From Octopus vulgaris (lineage: Eukaryota), in contig OX597828.1 in assembly GCA_951406725.2 (NCBI GenBank), positions 50,344,001 through 50,408,000 of the forward strand: DNA of 64,000 bases, read 5' to 3'. Positions 13,195-27,632 of the stretch are shown piece after piece. Made by a program: the position numbers and the translations under genes. The notes beneath the pieces were generated by a model. The model did not search any database, was not told the DNA's origin, and saw only the letters and a list, made by a program, of their open reading frames with translations. Every line of letters starts with the position of its first letter. Positions within the stretch are counted from its first letter, which is position 1.

Positions 13195-14370
13195 ATGGGA
13201 ACGAGGTTTGCTCCCGTTCACGCCAACTCTGTAATGGGATACTTAGAAGAACAACTCTACCAAGAGGTGGAGGTAAACTATGGCACTGGATTTAGAAAGT
13301 ATATTGAAAAGGCATGGAAGAGATACCTAGACGACTGTTTCATAATCTGGACAGAATCTCTAAATACTCTGGAAGAGTTCAATATCCTCCTGAACAACCT
13401 ACACCCATCTCTCAAATTTACAAAGGAGATGAGTAGTACCAAATTACCATTCCTGGATATAATGGTAATTAAAAAAGACACCACCATCACCACAGATATA
13501 TACTATAAACACACAGACACACATCAATACCTAAATTTTAAGTCGTGCCATCCACCACATACAAAACGTAACATCCCATACTGCCTAGCCAGAAGAATTT
13601 GTACTATTGTAGAAGATGCAAATATCAGGAACAAACGCCTAATAGAACTAAGAGAATTTTTGCTCAAACAAAAATACCCATCTCTACTTATAGAAAATGG
13701 CATACAGCGGGCTATAAAAATACCTATACAACAACTTAGGACAACCCAAGGAAGAGGAAAACAAGAACAAGTCATACCATTCATAGTTACACACAACCCA
13801 TGTCACCAGAATATCTTCAACATTGCCAAAGCAAACCTACCAATCATTGCCCAAAGTAATGAATTAAAAGACATAATCAAGGATCGAGCTATGGTGCTTA
13901 GTAAAAGACAGCCTAAAAACTTGAAAACATTACTAACAAAGGCAAAATTTGACCTCAGCAACAAAGACCAAACATTCACGGTATCTAAATGCAATGATAG
14001 CCGATGTGGCACATGCCAATTCATACATACCGGTCAATATATAAACACAAAAACCGGGAAAATATTCACAAACGCGAATATGAACTGCAAAAGCAGAAAT
14101 TTAATTTACTGCATCAAATGCCCAAATTGTGAAGAAATATATGTAGGTCAGACGGGAAACGCACTATTAGAACGCTCACGTGTACACCGGCAACAGATTA
14201 GAGACCCAGAGGTCCGTCAGATACCTTTGAGTAACCACCTAGCAACATGTGGTCGGAAAATATATATAATATTTCCATTCTACAAATTACACAGCCCAAG
14301 TGAAATCGAGAGGAAAATCAGAGAAAAGAATTTTATTGATAAATTCGAACCCAAGCTAAATAAGCAATAA
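13195..14370 (+). CDS. PLE reverse transcriptase (C-terminal half) + GIY-YIG endonuclease
   Basis: MGTRFAPVHAN, RYLDD, LPFLD, YYKHTDTHQYLNFKSCHP, Cys linker CNDSRCGTC, NLIYCIKCPNCEEIYVGQTG...R...H...E..FI.KFEPKLN; no stops in 391 aa. Confidence 0.9.
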   Translation: MGTRFAPVHANSVMGYLEEQLYQEVEVNYGTGFRKYIEKAWKRYLDDCFIIWTESLNTLEEFNILLNNLHPSLKFTKEMSSTKLPFLDIMVIKKDTTITTDIYYKHTDTHQYLNFKSCHPPHTKRNIPYCLARRICTIVEDANIRNKRLIELREFLLKQKYPSLLIENGIQRAIKIPIQQLRTTQGRGKQEQVIPFIVTHNPCHQNIFNIAKANLPIIAQSNELKDIIKDRAMVLSKRQPKNLKTLLTKAKFDLSNKDQTFTVSKCNDSRCGTCQFIHTGQYINTKTGKIFTNANMNCKSRNLIYCIKCPNCEEIYVGQTGNALLERSRVHRQQIRDPEVRQIPLSNHLATCGRKIYIIFPFYKLHSPSEIERKIREKNFIDKFEPKLNKQ

Positions 14371-14864
14371 TAATAATACTTAGAGGTATTACTTCCACTG
14401 CTACGACCATGACCACTAACAACAACAACAATACTAAAGGTGATCAAGACGAAGATAGCAGGAAAATTATCTTATTTAGGGTTAAAAGTTCTATTGCCAC
14501 CACCATCACCACTAGCAACAATAATTAAGGTGCTGACAATGATGATGATGACAATTGAAATATAAAAATATAAAAATCTCTGACAAAGGATATTTACAAC
14601 ATTTCTAAAAATAACCCAACAATTGCTGCTTCGGCCAGGGTCAAGATACAGGACTCTTGACCTGTCCAACAAAGCGTGATGCCTAAACCAATCAGCTCAA
14701 CCAACCAATCAGCTTAAGTAATTGAGTGATACTACACACTGATTGGTCAGAATACAGTTTGCAAAACCTAGCACTCTGGAGCCTACCCAGCTGTATTTAT
14801 AGCACAGAATCACTCATCTTGCTACAGTCAAAAATTGTGAAGCATGACTGTCAACACTACTACA

Positions 14865-14909
14865 TGAACCCGAAGATTGCAGAATTCAATGCATGAAAGT
14901 ACTAGTTCA
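14865..14909 (+). ncRNA. Minimal type-I hammerhead ribozyme motif (one core mismatch)
   Basis: tgaac CCGAAGA t tgca gaattcaa tgca t GAAA gtac TA gttca: stems I and II pair; stem III is a palindrome. Confidence 0.65.
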
Positions 14910-15039
14910 ATCAGAATGAATATTTAACATTCTACTATTTCATTTTATTTTATTCAATTATAATATATTATCTTATAATATATCATTATAAGATTGTAAA
15001 TAAAACGTGAAAATCAGACAAGGTTGGAATTCTTTTTAT

Positions 15040-15342
15040 TAATATATACATATATATACACTTACACATACATATACATATATACACATACACATATATG
15101 TATACATACACACACTCACATGCATACACGTATACACACATGTATATATACACACACACGACCACACATACATATACACACAGAAAAATATATATACACA
15201 TACACACACATACTCACATACACGCATACACACACAAAACCACACACACATATGCACACCCAGCACACTAGTCCCTATATACACATATATACACATACAC
15301 ACATATATATATACATACACACACATACATATACATACACAC

Positions 15343-15405
<63 letters not shown>

Positions 15406-15842
15406 TACACATGTGTACCCATGCATATCTACACATACACACATATATATATACACATACAAATACAGACCCATTTCCTAATTTTAATTTTATTATCTTC
15501 GTTTATTACTTTTGTTATCTTTGGCCGCTTGGTCACAAACATCTTGGCTATGACAGCCAGTCCATTTATCTGTCTACTGGAAAACAAGCACTCATTCACT
15601 CACGCACACTCTTTAGCACGTACACTCACTCATTCGTACACTCATACACATACACGCACGCACGCGTTATATTCACATACATCTACATACATTCACGTAT
15701 ATACATACGTACGCGTACCTACAGATTCATGTCTACACTCTTAGAAGGCTAGTCTATACATATACACCAATAAATATAAATACACACACATACACGTACA
15801 CCTACATACAAATACATACATGTATATATATATATACACATA

Positions 15843-15877
<35 letters not shown>

Positions 15878-16100
15878 TCACACATATATACAAATATATA
15901 CATACACACACATACATACACATATATACACATATACACACATATACACATATATACACACATACACATAATACATATACACACATACACATACATACGT
16001 ATACATACATACATACATCCATACATCCATACATACATACATTTATACACATACACACACCCACATACATACATATATATACACGCGCATATATATATCC

Positions 16101-16139
<39 letters not shown>

Positions 16140-16544
16140 CATATATACATATATATTCATACACACACATACACATACATACATACATATACAAATATAC
16201 GCACACACATACATACATACTCATATACTCATACACACACATACACATGTACATGCGTCCCCTTACACGCACACACACACGCGCGCGTCCATATATACAC
16301 ATAAGTACACCCATGCGTAAGAGTATACATATATCTATGCTTACACATACACACACACACACGCGCCTCCTTATATTCATACTTACATGCATACTCAAAA
16401 AATAAGTAAATAGTAAAATATATATACGCGCAGTTATTCATACATGCATACTCAAAAAATAAATAATAAATAATAAATATTAAGTATATGTACGTGCAGT
16501 TACCTATTATATAGACGGATACATACATATAAACTTACACACAT

Positions 16545-16611
<67 letters not shown>

Positions 16612-16658
16612 TATACATACATACATACACATATACATACACATACACACATACATAC

Positions 16659-16689
<31 letters not shown>

Positions 16690-16690
16690 T

Positions 16691-16735
<45 letters not shown>

Positions 16736-16937
16736 CTTACACATGTACATATAAATACACACATAGATAACTCTACGTACCTACATATACATAAACACAC
16801 GAGCGTACGCGTATATGTACATATATACATACACATACACACGCATATATATACATACATACATACACATACACACATGTGTATACACATACACACACAT
16901 ACACATATATATACATACACACATATATACACACACA

Positions 16938-16973
<36 letters not shown>

Positions 16974-17146
16974 CATACATATATATATATATATACACAT
17001 ACACATACACACACATATATACATGTGTGCAAACATGCATACATTCTCATACAAGCACACTCACTTACATTTACATATATACACACACTTACACACATAT
17101 ATACATACACATGTACATACATACATACATACGTATATGCATACAT

Positions 17147-17195
<49 letters not shown>

Positions 17196-17282
17196 CATAC
17201 ATACATACACAAACACATACCCATACATATATATACACACATATATATACACATATATATACATATATATACATATATATAT

Positions 17283-17324
<42 letters not shown>

Positions 17325-17405
17325 ATGTATATATATAGATGTATATGTATAGATGTATATATATACATTTATATATACATATATATGTTTACATATATAT
17401 ATATT

Positions 17406-17470
<65 letters not shown>
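15040..17470. repeat. ~2.4-kb degenerate (CA)/(TA) microsatellite field
   Basis: Seen directly; short unique interruption around 15470-15600. Confidence 0.9.
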
Positions 17471-17473
<3 letters not shown>

Positions 17474-18987
17474 GTATGTATTAACTAAGACTAAATGCTA
17501 TAACGGTTATTTGAAAATATAAGTGGGAGAGATTTTAGAGACGTTCTTTCTATAGATGAGTAAGGAGATTAGAGATTCTAACTCCAAATAAGTCGTGTAG
17601 GGAAAATATTGTATAGAAATGTTCAATGAAAAGGCATGGCTATATTTGAATTAAGATATGACTTGATAGTTAGAAAGAATACCTAGTATGGAGTATATTT
17701 AAAAAAAATTATACATGAGAATACTAGAGGAGAATACTAGTGGATTGTTAATGTAAACAAGTGTTATAGAGGTAACAATGGATTAAAGAGAGAATAAGAT
17801 TCATAAAATGGACTAGTGTTTGCATAAGAACTAATATTCGTTTGTATGTATTAAATATAAGGTAGAAAAATAAGTAAAACAGAAATAGTTGTTAATATTA
17901 CAATTAGATAGTAAATACTTACTGTGGCTATAAAGATGAAAAATAAAAAGAACGTTGAATTAGTTGATTACCATTCTTTATTCAAATACAAATCTTAGGA
18001 TTATCTGTAATGTTAATATTATTATCAATTCTGTTTCACCTCAAAATTCAACAGGAAAAATACAAGTAAACATTTTTTTGTTAGAGAAACGGATATGTCT
18101 CTCTATTTTTTTTTTTTGGTTTCCTGATATAATTTGATGGTTTACTTAACGCGTTTTGTAATTCCGACATTAGAAACAGCAACAATGAAGCACCAGTGTA
18201 ATGTAACAATGAAAACAGAACCGAGAAATACACGAAAGAAAAGTAAAAAAAACAAACAAAGCTTGTTAAAGCCGGAACTGAAAGAAAACATATGCCAGTT
18301 GTTGACTACAGAGACTGGATCAAACAACACGAGGATTCAGTATTACAATTACAGAACGCAGTCGAACATTCGAATATTTGCATGTATACGTGTGTATGAG
18401 TAGCGATTGATTCAATGGTGTAATCTGATTTGAGAATAGCTTTTACATATAACTACATGAAAGTGGATGAATAATGCGATATATTGATAGTTTCTTTGGT
18501 GTTGAAATTGCTGAATAAAGAACAGCTATGAAGCGAATTAGCCAAGTTGTATACTTGTTTGTAAAAGTTATAAGCTTGCTTTGTTATACAGGTTCCTTCA
18601 GAATAATGGGTTGTGTTTTAAATGCAAGTAAATAGGATTAGATTATGTACACTTACTAAAGAAATTATATACTACATAATTTAAGAAGCAGTGGAGTCTC
18701 TATATACGAACATAATCCATTTCGGAGCTCTGTTCGTTAACCAAATTGTTCGTTAAATGAGTAATTGAAATATATATAAATAGGACTAATTCTTCCAAGG
18801 CACACACGCACACTCCGCGTAAAGCAATGAAATGGTGTTTTATTTGTTTAACAATCCATAAGTCCTGGGATCAATTTGTTCGACTAAAGGCGGTGCTCCA
18901 GCATGGCCGCACTCAAATGACTGAAATATATAAAAGAATATATATATAAGATGGCAAAGAAATTAATGATTATCTTATGAATTCATT

Positions 18988-19068
18988 ATCTTACAACTGT
19001 TTCTGCTATGAGATGTAGTGAACTCAGAGTTAAGTGCCGAAGTAACACTTTATAGCTTCATCGGAACC
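18988..19068 (-). ncRNA. Degenerate hammerhead-like motif with long stem II
   Basis: Minus: CCGATGA a gctat...atagc a GAAA cagttg TA; same layout as 56840-56970. Confidence 0.45.
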
Positions 19069-20045
19069 TCGAATATGATGAGCAATTTTATACATATACA
19101 CAGACACACACACACATTTATACACGCGCGTGTAAAAACACGTGAAGTAAAATTACTTCCTATCATAACTGTCTGGTATTACAATGTTTCAAAATATCAT
19201 TTTCCTGACGTCATGAAAATTAGAGACATAGGAAGAAGAGAATATTGAAAGCCTCAATGATGATGATTACAACATTTTATGACGATGATAGCGACGATGA
19301 TCATGATGATGATGATGAGGACAGTGACGATGATGATGATGAGGATGATGATGTGGAGGAGGATTACAATGGCAGCAGGATGACAATAAATGTCATTGGT
19401 TATATGCAATAACGATATGTTGGTAATAATTAAGATTATGATTGATGCGGTGAGAGCGGGGATTAAAGAGACAATGCGGAAGAATAGGAGATATGGAAGT
19501 GGGAAATAAATGACGAACAAGATAAGGAGCACCTTGTTGCCAAAGTACGTTTACGAGAATCTTCACAAAATGAAATCCTTCAATCCTCTTGAATTGTGTT
19601 TCTAGCAAAATTGCTTACGAGAATTGTTTATTAGAGCGGAAATTATACTCAATTGAAATTTACGGTATTAAATGAAGATATGTCGGTTCGTTGTTGGTAT
19701 TTGAGGAAGGATACATACATACATACATTCATACCATACATACATACATACATACCATACATACATGCATACCTACATACATACATACATACATACATAC
19801 ATACATACCTACATACATACATACATACATACATACATACTATACATACATACATACATACTATACATACATACATACATACCATACATACGTACATGCA
19901 TACATACATACATACATACATACATACATACATACATACATACATACATACATACATACATACATACATACCATACATACATATATACATATATGTACAT
20001 ATACTTATATATATAAATATATATGTATAAATACACATACACACA

Positions 20046-20116
<71 letters not shown>

Positions 20117-20197
20117 GTACATATATATATGTGTGTGTGTGTATGTATTTATAAATACATACACACACATATATGTATATAAACGTATATATATATG

Positions 20198-20248
<51 letters not shown>

Positions 20249-21005
20249 GTATTTATCCGTGCAATTGTTACTGGACTACATAAATTCATTTCATAACAAC
20301 ATATGAAGACAAATGTTGTGTACGAGTATTTATGTATGTGTGTGTGTGTATGTGTATGTGTATGTATGTGTGTCTGTATGTATGTGTGTGCGCGCGTCCG
20401 TGGTGTGTGTGGGTACTTGCGCGCGTGTGTATATCGTGTTTTCAAATCTGATTATTCAAAATTTTTCAAATCTGATGCCAAACTTTGAAATACAATCTCA
20501 AGTACCCGAGCTTATGATTTCACGCAATTACAAACCTTATTACAGTATTATAGGATGCACCGAATTAATTGCACGTAGCCGTGCAATCAGTTTTAATAGC
20601 TTTATTGAATTTAATTAAGGATATCATAACTACACCGTTGTTAGTGTCGTGTGGTGCTGGAGTTGTAGCCCTCATTATCGCTGCCGTATTGCTCTCGTTA
20701 TGGCTGTTCGTGTTGTTCTTGTTAGATCTGGTGTGTTTTTGTTGTTATTCTTGCTTTAGCTGTCATTTTTGTGGTTATTGTTATAGCAATGTTGCTGCCA
20801 TTGTTATTGCTCTTGTTATATTTGTTGTTGTTGTTGTCGGTGGTGGTGATGTTCTTCATTTGGATACTCTGCGACTGTGTTTAGAGAATTTAAAGTGAAC
20901 AGGAAAAGCACATCATCTCCATTATCACGAACCAAAAAGAGCAATCGCCGGAAGGTTATAACAACAACAACATTAACAGCGGCAACAATAATAATAATAA
21001 TAATA

Positions 21006-21580
21006 AATGCCCTGATGCAGTACCAGGCAGTGGCTCTCATGGCTTCTGATCTTAACTGATTGGAAGTGTTATCATGTACAATGTTCAGTCTTGGCGTAAA
21101 ATATGCGCTACTGCAAATATTCTGCTCAATACCACAGATTTGCTAGTCAGTTGTTTGACCTTAACCTGCTGAGCATGTCCATTGGTGGCTGACGATATGT
21201 GCATCTCTGATCACAAGTAGAAGTAGTGGGGGAGCATCATAGCCATGTGTTGAGAGAGATTCTTTAGGGTTTTAATAATTCACCTCTGGAAATATGGGTG
21301 TTTGTTTCAACATCCTTAATTCTTTGGGGTTTGAAGAATTCAGCCCTGGAATCATGGGTCTTTTGTTCATCATCCTTAAACAAGCCTTATTCAGGTATCT
21401 TTTGAACTGTATAGGTTGCTCGACGAGAAGAAAATTCTAATTGGGCCCTTTCATGAGATCACTATGTCGTGCACATATGGTTGTGATGCATGTGTCTGGA
21501 GTACCCTCATCAGACAGATAGCCATGATGGGTATATTGGGCTTCGTATGTTTGTACCCAAGTGTCACTTGCAGCTCTTTC
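21006..21580 (+). mobile_element. ~550-bp (TAA)n-embedded element, copy 2
   Basis: Starts ATGCCCTGATGCAGTACCAGGCAGTGG after (ATA)n; ends GTGTCACTTGCAGCTCTTTC-AATAAT. Confidence 0.8.
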
Positions 21581-21614
21581 AATAATGATGATGATGATGA
21601 CGATGATGAAGACG

Positions 21615-21720
21615 ACACTCTAGTCATAATACCAACTTCTAACTTGCAGTCTCTTGAAGTCTCTGGGGGTGACACTTGCAGTCAACTTGTACAAATACAA
21701 AGTAAAAGCCAAACATTTAA
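21615..21720 (+). mobile_element. Diverged 3' UTR fragment of the Dong-like element at 10211
   Basis: GTCTCTTGAAGTCTCTGG...CAACTTGTAC...AAAAGCCAAACAT resembles 10773-10840. Confidence 0.6.
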
Positions 21721-22075
21721 CATCAACAACAACATCAATGTTTCAAATTTTGGCACAAACCCAGCAATCCAAGGGTTGGTGGTTAGTCGATTAGAGTGAC
21801 CGTGGTACTTGACTGGTGCTTTTTTCATATGGACCCTTTAAGGATGAAGTGTAAAGTGGAACTCAGCAGTATTTGAACTTAGGATGTAAACAAGCGGAAT
21901 AAATGCCCTCAAGCATTTTGCTACATCAGCGCTTTGATGATGATGATGATGATGATGATGGTAATAATAATAACGATACTACTACTACTACTACTGAATT
22001 GGTCTTATCAGTCACCTGCGGACTCACCAATAAATTTGCGCGAAGACCATCATCCTCGACCTTGAGGGATTGCCA

Positions 22076-22119
<44 letters not shown>

Positions 22120-22167
22120 CTACTACTACTACTACTACTATTACTACTACTATTACTACTACTACTA

Positions 22168-22212
<45 letters not shown>

Positions 22213-22297
22213 TTACTACTACTATTACTACTACTACTACTACTACCACTACTACTACTACTACTACCACCACCACCACCACCACCACTTTACTATA

Positions 22298-22361
<64 letters not shown>

Positions 22362-22562
22362 TTTTGGCACAGGGTATATAGATTTTTTTAGGGGATAGTT
22401 GATTACATCGTCACCAGCACTTGACTGATGTTTATTTCATTGGCGCTCTGACAAAGGATGAAAGGCAAAGTCGACCTCGGCGGAATTTTGAACTCCGAAC
22501 GTAAGAACCGAACGAAAAATGCCACTAAGCATTTATTTCGGGTGAGCCAACGATTGCCACTT
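22362..22562 (-). mobile_element. Family A SINE
   Basis: AAAGGATGAAAGGCAAAGTCGACCTCGGCGGAATTTTGAACTC. Confidence 0.75.
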
Positions 22563-24689
22563 TAATGATGATGATGATGATGATGATGATGATGGTGGTG
22601 ATGGTGATGGTGGTGATGGTGGCGGTGGTGGTGCTGCTGACAATTACGATGATGGTGGTTATAATGAGAATAATAACAATGATAATTATGATTATCGCTA
22701 GTAACAACAACAACAACAGTAACAACAAAGAAGCAACATTAAAAATCCTTCTATTATGCTTGTGTAATTAGAAGTTGCGTTTCTTTCAAATTTGTATAAA
22801 TATTTTACTAACCTAAAACCTAGCATTCAACCGAATTTTTTTTTGAGTAATTTATGTTTTGCTGCCAATAAAGACCATTAAATACTATTGAAACAGGAAG
22901 CCCCGTTCTCTAAATTAATCCTTTTACTTTATACCCCCCCTCTTCATTTTATTCCTTTGGACTTGTAATTTGTGAAACTTGTTTTCTTTTTTAATAATTA
23001 TATTTATTTTTAACATTTGTAGCGTCTCCAGGTAAAATGTTTCAGAAATTATTAATTTATAATAAAAGCAAGAGAAAGGAGAAGAGAGAGAGGGAGAAAA
23101 AGAGGGAGAGGGGGAGAGAAGGAGAGATAGAAGGATAGAAAAGGGTGAGATTGACTGAGAAAGAAGGAGAAAGACACTGGATGAATTTGGAAAAAGGAAG
23201 AAAGATAAATCGAGAGGAAGGGAGAAAGAGGGAAGGAGAGAGAAAGAGGCTGAAAGACGAATAGGGAGAGAGAGAGAGAGAGAGAGAAGGAGAGAAAGAG
23301 AGAAAGAGAAGGAGAGAAGGTGAGAGTAAAGGCGAGAGAATGAGGAAGAGAACAAGAAAAACAGTGAGATTGGAAAAAGGAAGCGGAACGAAGAGAAAGG
23401 GAGAGAGGAGTGAGAGAGGGGAAGGGAGAGGGTAAGAGAGAGTGAAAGAGAGAAGTAATGTTTTTGCGGAAGAATTCAGCTGTTCTGTAGAAAATATCCT
23501 TTAAGAATCTAACATGTACCTCCGAGAGTTTGTTTAAATATTTCGTTAATTACCATTCCAGAGTTTAGATGGAATAGATTTTTGAAATAGTAATCCTACG
23601 CCTGGATTTTTCTCCCAAAACTCTATTCTACAGGCATTTTGTCATATTTCATGGCACTGAAATACCCCCAAGGGATCTGGACATTACGGGGAGGTTTAGT
23701 TTTAGCAATCTTTTTGTGGTTACACTAAATTGTTGGAGTAATGAGTTGTGGAAACCATGCGTTGTGGAAGTGCTAATGAAGAGGAAGTGATAAATTGTTG
23801 AAGTGAAAAATTGTGGAAAAGATAATTTATGAAAGTGGTAATTAGTAGAAGTGATAAGACGTGGAATGCTTCTACGAGCAATATAAAGAAAATAATTTAT
23901 TTAAAATTCTTAACATTTCCATTTACGAAAATGAGAAGAAACTGCACTTACCTTTAATTGTATCAGCAAATCACCGTTTTATACGGCGTATCAGGCAAGG
24001 AAGGACAAATTAATACCTAGGGAAAACTTATGAATAAAATATCGAAGTAGCAGTAATTAAATTATCTACAAAGTTGTCGAGTAGATAAAATATCTAACTA
24101 GAAACTCATTGGTTACAAGTTTGTATCCTCTGTAAGCTGTATGACGAAGAAGGAAAGTTAACTTTTATAGTGAGTAAATATAATTGCCGGAAAAATGATA
24201 TAAGATAGAAAAGTGTCATCTGGTGAGTGATTTACCTTATCAGTCTAATTCCACTTAAATCCGATACTAATACCTTCTTGATTCCCAAAGAGACCACTTT
24301 TATCTTGTTCAACGATAGGAGATATAGATATTTAAATAATTTTCTATTTATTAAAGCAGAAAGAAAGACAAAATATATTTTAGTGAGTATAATATTTTTA
24401 CTTTCATCTTATTTTTCCCCTGCTCACATAACCATACATAGGTGGAATAATATTCCGTATTTCAATATAGTTTCTCATTTTACTTCGTTTTTTTCCCCTC
24501 ACAAACTGTTATTTATTTACTCTATTTCTTTCGTGAGCCAATGCAGTCGTTCAGCTTGATAAGATTGTTGGCAAATCGCCTTCAAAATATACCCTACCGT
24601 CTTAAAAATGAATGAAATATCAAATAGAATAATCCTGAATATCAATATCATATGACAGAAAAGAAGAGGAAATGATAAAGACTTGAATA

Positions 24690-25267
24690 TAGATAAAACA
24701 ATGTTGGCTCGTCATAAAGAAGTATTTTTTCCAGAAAGTTTCGACGCATTCTGACTGTATCAAAAAACACGACTTTGCGAAGAACAAGCTATAAATCTCA
24801 TGAAACACAAACAATACCATTTACAAAACTTCTATACTTGAATGCAACGTTACAGGAACAGCGAGAAGAACTATAGCAATCACAAGAACAACAGAAGCAC
24901 TGCTAAATTATTATTACACTTTCCAAAATTATGCTGCACACCGAATACATTAAGAAGTTCTCAAAAGTTTAAATATAGGTATAGGAGTGGCTGTGTGGTA
25001 AGTAGCTTGCTTACCAACCACATGGTCCCGGGTTCAGTCCAACTGCGTGGCACCTTGGACAAGTGTCTTCTACTATAGCCTTGGGCCGACCAAAGCCTTG
25101 TGAGTGGATTTGGTAGACGGAAACTGAAAGAAGCTCGTCGTATATATGTATATATATATATGTATATGTATATGTATGTGTGTGTATATGTTTGTGTGTC
25201 TGTGTTTGTTCCCCCCCAACATCGCTTGACAACCGATGCTGAAAGAAGCACGTGGTATATATGTATG

Positions 25268-25323
<56 letters not shown>

Positions 25324-26040
25324 TATATGTGTGTGTGTGTATATGTTTGTCCTCCTAGCATTGCTTGACGACCGATGCTGGAGTGTTTACGTCCCCGTCA
25401 CTTAGCGGTTCGGCAAAAGAGACCGATAGAATAAGTACTAGGCTTACAAAGAATAAGTCGTGGGGTCGATTTGCTCGACTAAAGGCGGTGCTCCAGCATG
25501 GCCACAGTCAAAATGACTGAAACAAGTGAAAGAGTAACACATAAACATGTATTGTAAAATACCTGCAGCATTATTGGAAAAAGCAAAACAACAGAATGAA
25601 ACTAAGAGATTTCATTATTACAGACGCATAGCAACAATTCAAGCGATACAGGGCAATTAATATCACTCTTAGGTCATACAGACCAAATCACCGGGGAAGA
25701 AACTGCAGAATATGCATAAAGCCACGAAGTCTGTACGAATATTCCACAAACGACAGTCGTAAACGAATAAGGAACGATATCATACTAGATATACAAGCAT
25801 TACGAATAAAAGCCAGCAACTTTTAACACACTAATATGGTAAACACACATACTTAATAACATCTTGCGTCAGCTCTACGTTGTGTAAAGTTTCGTGGACG
25901 TATAGGACACGTCCTCTGAACATCTGATGAGATGGATATGTGCTTTAAATTATATGAAACTTTAAGTTATATGAAGTTTAGGGAAACTTGTTATTAAACT
26001 ACATGTAACTCTAACCAAATGGTTATTTTTGTTTCCCACT
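24690..26040 (+). pseudogene. Old decayed Penelope-like element interrupted by a SINE
   Basis: Weak frame-broken resemblance to the PLE protein (RRILTV..., IGKSK...), followed by CTGATGA...GAAA ctttaag T at 25924-25967. Confidence 0.4.
24978..25536 (+). mobile_element. tRNA-derived SINE, family B (CORE-like), full length with internal microsatellite
   Basis: TGGCTGTGTGG (A box), GGGTTCAGTCC (B box), GGCACCTTGGACAAGTGTCTT (CORE-like), tail ...GACTGAAACAAG. Confidence 0.85.
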
Positions 26041-26320
26041 CACTATATATATATATATACTAGCTTAAAAGCCGCTCTATCGGATGGCTTTTAAGCTACC
26101 TACTATGGAGGGCACTTCGTTGGGCATTGAGCCCAATAATGACATTTCATGCATTGAATACATATTAAATTTTATTAAACGTAACCAGTATTTTTCAAGC
26201 AATGAACAATTTTCAGCAAAACGATATAATTTGTCGACTTGGAACTTATCACAAAGCTTCATGATAAACATTTTTTTCCTTCCCATTCGAGGGTCATTAC
26301 AATTTTTTTTCTGCCTAACC

Positions 26321-26360
<40 letters not shown>

Positions 26361-26817
26361 TATTCATTTATTTATTTATTTCTCTCTCTCTCTCTTTCTG
26401 TTTATTCTTTTTAACCATCACCATCACCAGTACCACCACCATCGCCACCACAACTGCCATACACATACCATTCATACTTCTGACACTACCACCATCAATA
26501 CCTTTGACTTCGCCACCTTTACCTCCATCACCGTCGCCACTGCCTTTCACAATCAATTTCTATCACTGTCATGCTTGACCGCTTCAGGTAACACTATCAT
26601 CATCATCATCCCCGTCGCCTCGCCAATATCACAACTACAGCTCATAGTAATACCATCATCCAATTACCATCTCAGCTGTCAATCTGCTACCGCCCGCACC
26701 ATCTCTATGCCTACTATTACTCTCACCCTAGCAAGAGGAATAGAAAAAGTGTCATGGAATAGTGAGAGAGGGGGTCAAAGTGTGACACACTGGCACACAG
26801 AAATTCGTTTTGGCATT

Positions 26818-26869
<52 letters not shown>

Positions 26870-26879
26870 GCTACTACTA

Positions 26880-27410
26880 CAAAAGAATAACAACAGAAAA
26901 AAGATGGTATAGGCACACACCAGAAAAGGCCACAGAAAACGAGAAAGCAACCATACTCTGGGATATGCCGATACACACAGAAGAGAAATTAAGGCCAATA
27001 GGCTAGATATAGTTGTCAGAGATCATGAAGAAAAAAATGCTTTCTAATTGATGTACGAATACCAGCAGATGACAACGTGTCTCTAAAAGAAATGGAGAAA
27101 CTTTCAAAATACAAAGACCTGGAAATACAGGTAACTCGAATGTGGAATCTAAAAACAGAAACAATTCCTATCATAGTAGGCGCATTAGGCATGATAAAAC
27201 AATATTCAGACAAATACATAACAAAAGCACCAGGACTTAAAAATATATGCAACATACAGAAAATTGCACAACTGGACACTGCACACATCCTACGCAAAAC
27301 ACTTTCAATACAGTAACCATAAGAGCATCACAGCACTCCACATTACATTTCCAAGGCACACAGAGCTGCGCTCTGTAGTGAAGTGAAAGCACGCTATAAA
27401 AATAAAACTA

Positions 27411-27414
<4 letters not shown>
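26880..27414 (+). mobile_element. Second R4/Dong-clade family, 5'-truncated and frameshifted
   Basis: WYRHTPEKATENEKATILWDMPIHT...ANRLDIVV...SLKEMEKLSKYKDLEIQVTRMWNLKTETIPIIVGALG; followed by (AAT)n; another copy of its 3' UTR at ~27511-27620. Confidence 0.85.
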
Positions 27415-27509
<95 letters not shown>

Positions 27510-27632
27510 TTTCATACAATAACCATCAGCGCATCACTACAAATCACAGCACATACCCAAGGCACACAGAGCTGCGCTCGGTAGTGAAGTGAAATCACGT
27601 TATAAAAATAAAACTACTGAATAATAATAATA

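Larger units (their letters stand above)
13140..15040 (+). mobile_element. 5'-truncated Penelope-like element (PLE) with 3' tail
   Basis: The reading frame is open from ~13140 (NTFFFNGKNYIQIRGTAMG) to 14370; the tail contains a hammerhead motif at 14865. Confidence 0.88.

Noticed and set aside
18134-18403. 89-aa non-repetitive ORF; Tigger-like end at ~18689
   Set aside because: No recognisable domain or supported splice structure, and no matching second TIR found.
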